Assembly (NCBI GenBank): GCA_947623685.1
Contig: CANQHF010000003.1
Span: forward strand, 7,321 to 71,320
DNA length: 64,000 nucleotides
DNA from: an uncultured Bacilli bacterium
GTDB lineage: Bacteria; Bacillota_I; Bacilli_A; RF39; UBA660
Reading direction: 5' to 3'
Shown piece after piece: positions 10,003 through 17,784 of the stretch (position 1 is its first letter; every line of letters begins with the position of its first letter). A program made the position numbers and the translations under genes. The notes under the pieces are model-generated. The model was not told the origin of the DNA. It saw only the letters and a list, made by a program, of their open reading frames with translations, and did not search any database.

Positions 10003-10897
10003 ATGAACTATTATAACGAGATAAAAGATGAACTTATAAATAATGAATTATATAAAAAAGTAAAGGATTATTCTAAAAATAAAAGTGATTTAACTACTTA
10101 TTATAACGTTGGTAGATTACTTAATGATGCTGGTAAACATTATGGTAAAAGTGTTATTAAAAATTATTCATATAGATTAAAACAAGAAGTGGGTAAAAAA
10201 TATAATGAAAGAACGTTAAGAAGAATGCGGGCAGTTTTATGAATTATTTAAAAATGAAAAATGGTCGGCAATGCCGACCGAATTGTCTTGGTCTCATTAT
10301 TCTGAACTGCTAAAACTAAAAGATTCAAATGAAATAAATTATTATATTGATTTAAGTATTAAACAAAATTTATCATATAGGGAATTAGGAAAATGTATTA
10401 AAAATAAAGAGTATGAAAGATTAGATGAAAAAACAAAACTTAAATTAATAAAACAAGAAAATAATAAAATAGAAGATTTTATTAAAGATCCGATACTTAT
10501 TAAAAATAAATATAACTATGATAGTGTATCAGAAAAACTATTACAACAACTAATATTAGAAGATATTCCATCATTTTTAAGTGAATTAGGAAGTGGATAT
10601 TCATTTATTAAAAATGAATATCCAATAAAAATAGGAAATACATATAATTACATAGACTTACTTTTATATAACATAGATTTTAATTGTTACGTGGTAATAG
10701 AGCTTAAAACTACCGAACTTAAAAAAGAACACATAGGACAAATAGAAGTATATATGAATTATATAGATAAAAACATAAAGAAAATATACCAAGAAAAAAC
10801 AATTGGTATAATAATATGTAAAAAAGATAATAAGTTTATAATTAGTTATGCATCTGATGAAAGAATTATATCTAGAAAGTATAAACTAGTTGTGTAA
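10003..10897 (+). pseudogene. YhcG/DUF1016 PDDEXK-nuclease family gene disrupted by a +1 frameshift
   Basis: ORF 10003-10242 ends ...ERTLRRMRAVL*. The next frame continues QFYELFKNEKWSAMPTELSWSHYSELL. Removing one G from the run at 10229-10231 restores RRMRQFYELF, which matches the family N-terminus. Confidence 0.7.
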
Positions 10898-10914
10898 TTT
10901 AGAAAGTGTGTTTC

Positions 10915-10941
10915 AAAAGAAGAAAATTTTCTTCTTTTTTT
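10915..10941 (+). terminator. rho-independent terminator (copy 2, identical to 8538-8565)
   Basis: Same AAAAGAAGAAAATTTTCTTCTTTTTTT string as at 8538. Confidence 0.8.
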
Positions 10942-10999
10942 CATATTAAATCTTTTTTTACATAGTATTTAATGAGATTAAAAAGAAAGTAGGGATTAT

Positions 11000-11362
11000 A
11001 TGGAAAAATACGATATTATAAAAGATATTTCACAAAGAACAGGTGGGGATATATATTTAGGGGTAGTAGGAGCAGTTAGAACAGGTAAATCTACGTTTAT
11101 TAAAAAATGTATAGAAAATTTAGTTGTACCTAACATAAAAGATGAATATGAGAAAAAAAGATGTTTAGATGAAATTCCGCAAACGGCTCAGGGTAAAACA
11201 ATAATGACAATAGAACCAAAGTTTGTCCCTTCTAATGCTGCAACAATTCAAATAGAAGATTTTACGGCAAACATAAGATTAATTGATTGTGTGGGCTACG
11301 TAATTGATGCTGCTAAAGGATATGAAGATGAAAATGGACCTAGGATGGTTAGAACTCCGTGG
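11000..11362 (+). CDS. spoIVA: spoIVA 5' segment (codons 1-121, Walker A ATPase part)
   Basis: MEKYDIIKDISQRTGGDIYLGVVGAVRTGKSTFIKK...KGYEDENGPRMVRTPW is the canonical SpoIVA N-terminus. After W (11360-11362) the frame runs into 9 unrelated codons and a stop at 11392. Confidence 0.9.
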
Positions 11363-11373
11363 GAAGTTTACCC

Positions 11374-11385
11374 AAAAGTGATACC
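11374..11385. repeat. left terminal inverted repeat AAAAGTGATACC of the intervening element
   Basis: Perfect reverse complement of 14844-14855. Confidence 0.85.
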
Positions 11386-11766
11386 CCAATAAAAATTAAA
11401 TAAAACCTTATAAAATAAGGAAAAAACAATATTTCACTTGTTAGTCAAATTTTAAAAAAACTAGAAAGTGAGATTTTTTTTATGAAAAATGATGAAAATG
11501 TATTTAAAAGTGAGTTAATTTCTTTGCTGATAAAACACAAAAAAATTGGTACATATTCTTAATTTATAAGGTAACATAATTTTACTCTTAACTATTAAAA
11601 AAGAATTTCACTTAACATTCACAAATTAATTTTTTTATTACAAATAGCAAACATTAGTGATAAAACACTTAATTATAAAAAGAAGAAAAAATTTACACAC
11701 ACTATATATATTAAGAATAACAATATTATTTGTAACTAATAATATAAATTTAATTACTCAAATATA

Positions 11767-11795
11767 TTGTCAATTGCATCATTTTGTGATATAAT
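11767..11795 (+). promoter_or_regulatory. sigmaA-type promoter of the Fic gene
   Basis: TTGTCA (11767-11772), 17-nt spacer, extended -10 TGaTATAAT (11787-11795). Confidence 0.55.
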
Positions 11796-11823
11796 GGTGC
11801 AAATGAAAGGAGATTGATGTAAT

Positions 11824-12876
11824 TTGAGAGATTTTGATTTAAAGAAAGAGTATAGTAGCATTATATCTAATAGCAATATTATTAATTTAATAAGTAAAAT
11901 TCATGAATACAAAGGCAAACAATCTTATTTATTAAATTCGAAAAAGGACACACTAGAAACTTTATTAAAAGTTGCTAAAATTCAAAGTACTTCTTCATCA
12001 AATAAAATTGAGGGTATTTATACTACCGACAAAAGAATAAACGAAATAGTAAGTCAAAAATTGGAACCAAAAAATAGAAATGAAGAAGAAATAGCGGGTT
12101 ATAGAGATGTCTTATCCTTAATCCATGAAAATTACAATTATATAGATGTTAATCAAAACACAATTTTACAATTACACAGAGATTTATATAAATATACAGG
12201 ACATAGTTATGGTGGTAAATTCAAAAATTCACAAAACTATATTGAAGAAATTAATGAATTAGGAGAAAAAAAAGTTAGATTTACCCCACTATCTCCAGTA
12301 GAAACACCAATTGCCGTTGAAAACTTATGTAAAAATTATAATGAAATAGTTAATGATGAATCTTGTGATTTGTTAGTATTAATTCCAATATTCATATTAG
12401 ACTTTGTATCAATTCATCCCTTCAATGATGGCAATGGAAGAATTAGCAGATTACTAACTTTATTATTACTATATAAAGCTGATTATATGGTTGGTAAATA
12501 TATAAGTATTGAAAAAATAATAGAAGAAACAAAAGACAGTTATTATAGTGCTTTAGAAAAAAGTTCAATTTCTTGGCATAATAGCCAAAATGATTATTCA
12601 TATTTTGTCGAGTACTATTTAGGAATAATATTAAGTGCTTATAAAGAATTCGACTCAAGAATAAACCTTGCAAGCAAGAAAAGAATAACTTCATATAATA
12701 AAATTATAAGCATATTTAAAGAAAACTTTATTCCTATAGATAAAGCTTTTATAATTAATAAATGTCCTGATATAAGTGAAACAACAATTGAAAGAATTTT
12801 AAATAAATTACTAAAAGAAAATAAAATAAATAAAATTTCTGGCGGAAGATATACAAAATATAAATGGAATAGATAG
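11824..12876 (+). CDS. Fic family protein, class II (N-terminal inhibitory helix), C-terminal winged-helix-like tail
   Basis: Complete Fic motif HPFNDGNGRISR (12415-12450). N-terminal S-NKI-EG matches the [ST]xxxE[GN] inhibitory motif (11998-12015). TTG start behind AAAGGAG. Confidence 0.85.
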   Translation: MRDFDLKKEYSSIISNSNIINLISKIHEYKGKQSYLLNSKKDTLETLLKVAKIQSTSSSNKIEGIYTTDKRINEIVSQKLEPKNRNEEEIAGYRDVLSLIHENYNYIDVNQNTILQLHRDLYKYTGHSYGGKFKNSQNYIEEINELGEKKVRFTPLSPVETPIAVENLCKNYNEIVNDESCDLLVLIPIFILDFVSIHPFNDGNGRISRLLTLLLLYKADYMVGKYISIEKIIEETKDSYYSALEKSSISWHNSQNDYSYFVEYYLGIILSAYKEFDSRINLASKKRITSYNKIISIFKENFIPIDKAFIINKCPDISETTIERILNKLLKENKINKISGGRYTKYKWNR

Positions 12877-12950
12877 GCTTCTATACTCATCTGTCCTATA
12901 TCATACAAATTCTATTATATAATTATGTGGAAATCCACATAAATATAAAA

Positions 12951-12987
12951 AAGAATAATGTCTAATTAACGTAACATTGTTCTTTTT
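12951..12987 (+). terminator. terminator after the Fic gene
   Basis: AAGAATAATGT / ACATTGTTCTT stem (one wobble) followed by a T-run. Confidence 0.5.
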
Positions 12988-13031
12988 ACTTTTTTTAGTT
13001 CATAAAATTTATGGAACTGGAGGATAAAATT

Positions 13032-13175
13032 ATGTATGAAATAGAAGAATTTTTTTCAGTAGATGGAAATGACTTAAAAGATTTATTAAAAAGTTGTATT
13101 TATAATTATTACCTAAAAAATAAAGCTAAAGTTTTATCTTCGAATAGTTTGCAAAAGGAAAAAATTATTGCATAA
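13032..13175 (+). CDS. 47-codon ORF upstream of the recombinase gene (candidate recombination directionality factor)
   Basis: MYEIEEFFSVDGNDLKDLLKSCIYNYYLKNKAKVLSSNSLQKEKIIA. GGAGG at 13018-13022 lies 9 nt before the ATG. Below the ORF-track size cutoff. Confidence 0.3.
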   Translation: MYEIEEFFSVDGNDLKDLLKSCIYNYYLKNKAKVLSSNSLQKEKIIA

Positions 13176-13218
13176 TAGATACACAAATATGAAGTATTGT
13201 CTAAGAAAGGAGTAAAAA

Positions 13219-14805
13219 ATGTACAAAAAGGGCAATAATGACAATATTAATTACAAAATTGGCTTATATATAAGATTATCTCGTGAAGATGGTGATGATT
13301 TAGAAAGTGAATCAGTAACTAATCAAAGAAGTCTATTAATGGGTTTTTTGAAAGCAAATGGATTACAAATAGTAGATGAGTATGTAGATGATGGTTATTC
13401 TGGTGGTAATTTTAATAGACCTAGTTTTCAAAGATTAATCAAAGATATAGAAGATGGTCGTATCAATATGGTGCTTACTAAGGATTTATCAAGATTAGGT
13501 AGGGATCATATTCAAACTGGTTTTTATGTTGAAAATTATTTTCCAGAAAAAGGAATTAGATATATTGCAGTAAACGATGATATAGATACTTTTTATGAAA
13601 CAAGTGGTAGTGATATGATGCCATTTAAACTTAGTATGAATGATATGTATGCAAAAGATATTTCTAAAAAAGTTCGATCTCATTTACTTCAAATGAAACA
13701 AGATGGTAAATTTTGTGGTAGTGTTCCTGCTTATGGTTATATAAGACATCCAGAAAATAAACATCAATTAATACCAGATCCTAGAACTGCACCAGTAGTA
13801 AAAAGAATTTTTGATTTATATATTAGTGGTTATGGTAGTTGTGCTATTGCTGATATATTAACTAGAGAGGAAATACCAACTCCTATTATGTTAAAGAATA
13901 AGAAAAAATCTTTAAAAAAATGTAATCATCCAGAAATTTGGAAACATTGCTCTGTTGGAAATATACTTAAAAATCCAATTTATACTGGTGTCCTTATACA
14001 ACATACTTCCCAAAATATAAATTATAAAGTTAAAAAAAGGAGGAAAGTTGCTAAAAGTGAATGGTGTATAACCGAAAATGCACATGAGCCATTAATTACT
14101 AAAGAAACTTTTGAGTTAGCACAACAAATTAAGGACAAATCAAATAATTATAGTGAAGATAGAAGAAATGTGGAATACATTTTATCAGATTTTGTATATT
14201 GTAAAGACTGTGGTGCAAGAATGAGTATTAGTTATGATAAAAAAAGAGATCGTGTAACCATGAATTGTAACAATTATAGAAAATTTAGTAAATATGATAT
14301 ATGTTTCTCTCATTATATGAATTATACTAAATTGGAAAAAACAGTTTTTAATAAAATTAGTGGATTATCAATGCAATATATGGAAGATAAGGAAGAATTT
14401 GAAAAAATAATTAAAGAAGATTATGTAGATCCAAGAAATGAACTTAATAAGAAAATAAATACTTTAACTAAAAGTATTGAAAATCTAAAATTAAAACAAG
14501 ATTCATTATATGATGATAAATTTAATGGTGTTATTAGTGCTGACACTTACCAAAGATTATATAGCCAAACTGATGAGGAAATAAATATAGCCAATAAAAA
14601 AATAAAAAAATATAGAAATGAAATAAACTCTATAAGTGATGATTCAGTAGTTTTTGCAGATTACTTAACAGTAGTAGAAAACTTTTTAGAAATGAAAAAT
14701 CCAACGAAAGAAATGCTTAATAAATTAATCGACAAAATCTATGTAACAAAAGATAAAAAATTAGAAATTCATTATAGAATTGCCAAAAGTGAAGTATTAG
14801 TTTAG
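13219..14805 (+). CDS. large serine recombinase (SpoIVCA/SprA-like)
   Basis: N-terminal resolvase domain with catalytic-serine context IGLYIRLSREDGD. Recombinase domain follows, then a zinc ribbon (CKDCGARM...CNNYRK) and a C-terminal coiled coil; 528 aa. Confidence 0.9.
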   Translation: MYKKGNNDNINYKIGLYIRLSREDGDDLESESVTNQRSLLMGFLKANGLQIVDEYVDDGYSGGNFNRPSFQRLIKDIEDGRINMVLTKDLSRLGRDHIQTGFYVENYFPEKGIRYIAVNDDIDTFYETSGSDMMPFKLSMNDMYAKDISKKVRSHLLQMKQDGKFCGSVPAYGYIRHPENKHQLIPDPRTAPVVKRIFDLYISGYGSCAIADILTREEIPTPIMLKNKKKSLKKCNHPEIWKHCSVGNILKNPIYTGVLIQHTSQNINYKVKKRRKVAKSEWCITENAHEPLITKETFELAQQIKDKSNNYSEDRRNVEYILSDFVYCKDCGARMSISYDKKRDRVTMNCNNYRKFSKYDICFSHYMNYTKLEKTVFNKISGLSMQYMEDKEEFEKIIKEDYVDPRNELNKKINTLTKSIENLKLKQDSLYDDKFNGVISADTYQRLYSQTDEEINIANKKIKKYRNEINSISDDSVVFADYLTVVENFLEMKNPTKEMLNKLIDKIYVTKDKKLEIHYRIAKSEVLV

Positions 14806-14843
14806 CCACCTTAAATGGTGTGCATATATTTTTTAGCCACTCA

Positions 14844-14855
14844 GGTATCACTTTT
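14844..14855. repeat. right terminal inverted repeat GGTATCACTTTT of the intervening element
   Basis: Perfect reverse complement of 11374-11385. Confidence 0.85.
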
Positions 14856-14869
14856 TAGGTTCACGGTGG

Positions 14870-15982
14870 TATGATGAAGAAATTCCTTTTGTTGAAGCAG
14901 CGGAAATTGGAACTGAAAAAGTAATAAGGGATCATTCAACAATAGGTATTGTTGTTACCACTGATGGTAGTTTTGGAGAAATAAAAAGGGAAGACTACGT
15001 TAACGCTGAAAATCAAGTTATAAGTGAGTTAAAAGAAATTGGAAAACCATTTATCGTTGTCTTAAATTCATCTCATCCAACACATCCAGATACCGAAAGA
15101 ATTGCACAGTCGATTAAAGATGAATACAATGTACCTGTTATTCCTGTTAGCGTAGAAGCTATGAGTGAAAAAGAAATATATAACATATTAAAAGAAGCAT
15201 TATTTGAATTTCCTGTTTTAAGTGTTAATGTAAATATTCCGGATTGGATTGCATGTTTATCTTATAAGCATCCACTTAAAAAACAATATGTTGAAAAGAT
15301 AAAAGAAAGCGTAGTAGATGTGGATAAGGTTCGTGATGTAAATACGATAATAGATCATTTTAATGGTTGTGATTACATTAGTAAGGCTTATTTATCAGAA
15401 GTTGATACCGCAAATGGAGAAATAACAATTAATTTAGAAGCACCAGATGGTTTATATAATGAGGTATTAAACGAAATAATTGGAGCCGAAATAAACTCCA
15501 AGGCAAAACTTATTAGTTTATTTACTGAATTGAACGAAACAAGAGAAGAATTCTCTCAATTTAAAGAAGCAATTAAAATGGTTAAACAAACCGGGTATGG
15601 AACGTCTTTCCCAACGATTAAAGATATGAAGCTAGATACCCCAGAAATAATAAAACAAGGTTCTCGCTATGGAGTTAAATTAAAAGCAGTTGCCCCTTCT
15701 ATACACATGATAAGAGTAGATGTTGAATCAACTTTCGAACCGATAATAGGCTCTGAAACTCAAAGTAAAGAGTTAATTGATAACTTGATGAAAGATTATG
15801 AATCTGATCCTCAAAGCGTATGGAAAAGTGAAATGTTTGGAAGGAGTTTAGATAACATTGTTCAAGAAGGTATAAGGGGTAAATTATCACTTATGCCAGA
15901 TAATATAAGACATAAATTACAAACAACATTAACAAAAGTTGTTAATAAAGGTTCTAATAATATGATAGCTATAGTTATATAG
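14870..15982 (+). CDS. spoIVA: spoIVA 3' segment (codons 122-491)
   Basis: The frame is open from 14870: YDEEIPFVEAAEIGTEKVIRDHSTIGIVVTTDG...GSRYGVKLKAVAPSIHMIRVDVES...NMIAIVI. There is no start codon or RBS of its own. Track ORF 15161-15982 is only the part after an internal Met. Confidence 0.9.
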   Translation, partial: YDEEIPFVEAAEIGTEKVIRDHSTIGIVVTTDGSFGEIKREDYVNAENQVISELKEIGKPFIVVLNSSHPTHPDTERIAQSIKDEYNVPVIPVSVEAMSEKEIYNILKEALFEFPVLSVNVNIPDWIACLSYKHPLKKQYVEKIKESVVDVDKVRDVNTIIDHFNGCDYISKAYLSEVDTANGEITINLEAPDGLYNEVLNEIIGAEINSKAKLISLFTELNETREEFSQFKEAIKMVKQTGYGTSFPTIKDMKLDTPEIIKQGSRYGVKLKAVAPSIHMIRVDVESTFEPIIGSETQSKELIDNLMKDYESDPQSVWKSEMFGRSLDNIVQEGIRGKLSLMPDNIRHKLQTTLTKVVNKGSNNMIAIVI

Positions 15983-16040
15983 CTATTTTTTTATGTATTG
16001 ACAAAATAATAAAAATAAGTATTATATACATTCGTAAAAG

Positions 16041-16631
16041 GTGATGAGAAAAGTTATGGAAAAGGAAAATTATAAAATAAAAGTAAGATTTGTGTTTGAT
16101 GGCAAGTATAGTACTATTGACATTAACAAAACGGAAAAAGATATAAAAGATAAAAATCTAAGGGTATATTTAAAATACAAAGTAAAACCATATGTTTTAA
16201 TGAATAACTACGCTTTTAATAAGTATGGAATAAAAACAAATTTCAAAAATAATTTATGTGGTGATTGTAAAAATATGTTAAGATGTCCTAAAGTAGTTGA
16301 TACTGAAAAAAGGCCATTAGAAAAATACCCTTATATAAAAAATGGTGTACAAATAATATTAATAGATAATCAAATTAATGATTTATACAATAGTTCTGTT
16401 AAAATATATAATTATTTAAAAGATAATGATGGTTTTCTTTTAGATGATTATCCAGCTTTGAAAGAAAACTTATCTAATAATGGAAGGGAAATTACGTCTT
16501 TTAGTGTATTTGAATGCAGTAAGTTTGTAGATGATAATGATAAAAAATCTATTGAAGACTTTAATTTAGATGAAACATCACCACAAAAAAGTTTAAATAA
16601 TATTAATAAGTTAATTAAAAACGTTGAGTAA
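16041..16631 (+). CDS. hypothetical protein
   Basis: 196-aa ORF containing CGDCKNMLRCP. No recognisable family. Start may be ATG 16056. Confidence 0.4.
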   Translation: MMRKVMEKENYKIKVRFVFDGKYSTIDINKTEKDIKDKNLRVYLKYKVKPYVLMNNYAFNKYGIKTNFKNNLCGDCKNMLRCPKVVDTEKRPLEKYPYIKNGVQIILIDNQINDLYNSSVKIYNYLKDNDGFLLDDYPALKENLSNNGREITSFSVFECSKFVDDNDKKSIEDFNLDETSPQKSLNNINKLIKNVE

Positions 16632-16695
16632 GTTTTCAACGTTTTTAATTTGTAAAAAAAATAATATATAGTATAATTATGTTAGGTGATTTGTT

Positions 16696-17784
16696 TTGAG
16701 AAAAAAAAGAATATTAATTTCTTCTTATAATTTAGAAATAGGTGGAATAGAAAAATCCCTTATAAATTTACTTAAAAGCTTTAATTTAAATAAATATGAC
16801 GTTACACTTATTTTAGAAGAAAAAAAGGGAATATTTTTAAGTGACGTTCCTAAAAACGTTAAAGTTAAAGAATACAAGGCAAGTAAAATAAAAAACGTTT
16901 TCATAAGAAAAACAATTAATTTAGCTAAACGTTTAATATTTATACTTTTTAATTATAAAAGATATAACGCATCCATATGTTATGCAACATATTCAGGGCC
17001 ATGTGGTTTTGTTGCTAGGGTATCATCTAATAATAAAATATTATTCGTCCATAGTAATTATTATCAGCTTTATAATAAAGATGAAAATAAAGTAAAATTA
17101 TTTTTTGATAATTTAAAAATTAATAAATATAATCATATTGTGTTTGTAAGTAATGAATCTAAAAAAGATTTATGCAAAATATATCCAAATATAGAAAATA
17201 AATCAGTTACTATTAATAACATAGTGGATAATGAAAAAATACTTAAATTATCAGAAAAAAAAGTTAATATAAAAAGAACTACTAAAAAGGTTTTCCTATT
17301 TGTTGGAAGACTAGATGAATCATCTAAAAGGCTTACTTTATTATTTGATGTTGCCAAAAAATGTAAAATTGAAAAAATAAAAGCTTTGTTTTGGATAATA
17401 GGAAATGGTCCAGATGAGAAGTTATATAAAGACTTTGTTAAAAAAGAAAATTTAGATAATGTTTTATTCTTTGGAGCACAAAAAAATCCATATCCATATA
17501 TGAGAGCGTGCAACTATTTAATATTGACATCAAAATATGAAGGATTTCCTTTAGTTTATAATGAAGCTATAATACTTAATAAGCCAATTATAACAACCAT
17601 TGATGTATCAGATGATTATATATCTATTCCAAATCGTTTTGGATTTATCGTAAATGAAAATAATATATTTGATAAAGTAAAAGAATTATCCTTAAAAAAA
17701 GAAAAAATAAAAGAAACCATAGATTATAAAAGTTTAAATGAGAAAAGAATGAAGTTAATAGAGCAAATAATGGAGCGTAAATGA
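16696..17784 (+). CDS. glycosyltransferase, GT4 (GT-B) family
   Basis: N-terminal ISSYNLEIGGIEKSL and C-terminal SKYEGFPLVYNEA (E-x7-E-like) motifs. Confidence 0.8.
   Translation: MRKKRILISSYNLEIGGIEKSLINLLKSFNLNKYDVTLILEEKKGIFLSDVPKNVKVKEYKASKIKNVFIRKTINLAKRLIFILFNYKRYNASICYATYSGPCGFVARVSSNNKILFVHSNYYQLYNKDENKVKLFFDNLKINKYNHIVFVSNESKKDLCKIYPNIENKSVTINNIVDNEKILKLSEKKVNIKRTTKKVFLFVGRLDESSKRLTLLFDVAKKCKIEKIKALFWIIGNGPDEKLYKDFVKKENLDNVLFFGAQKNPYPYMRACNYLILTSKYEGFPLVYNEAIILNKPIITTIDVSDDYISIPNRFGFIVNENNIFDKVKELSLKKEKIKETIDYKSLNEKRMKLIEQIMERK

Larger units (their letters stand above)
11363..14869 (+). mobile_element. spoIVA-intervening element (skin-like), 3507 bp, with Fic + small ORF + large serine recombinase
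   Basis: It lies exactly between the two colinear halves of spoIVA. GTGG is shared at both junctions (11359-11362 and 14866-14869). The ends carry a 12-bp perfect terminal inverted repeat, and the recombinase gene sits at the right end. Confidence 0.85.

Noticed and set aside
11824-12876. The idea that the orphan VbhA-like protein (58591-58785) is the trans-acting antitoxin of the Fic protein in the spoIVA element.
   Set aside because: The Fic protein carries its own N-terminal S-xxx-EG inhibitory motif, so no separate antitoxin is needed. The VbhA-like gene also shows the remnant of its own deleted downstream partner.
12883-12909. sigmaE-like promoter string ATA-N16-CATACAAA upstream of the small ORF and recombinase.
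   Set aside because: It is not listed as a feature. The match is loose and the DNA is very AT-rich, so chance matches are expected. A terminator-like hairpin (12951-12987) also lies between it and the genes. It is mentioned only as a hypothesis in the cargo finding.
11363-14869. Alternative explanations for the split spoIVA: group II intron, intein, IS element or misassembly.
   Set aside because: There is no reverse transcriptase/maturase ORF, and no intron-like 5' GUGYG or domain V-like structure could be seen. The insert is not in frame and contains stops, so it is not an intein. It has no transposase and no target-site duplication beyond the 4-nt shared core. The precise codon-level colinearity of the two halves, the terminal 12-bp inverted repeat and the serine recombinase argue against a chimeric assembly. 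Only reads can exclude that fully.
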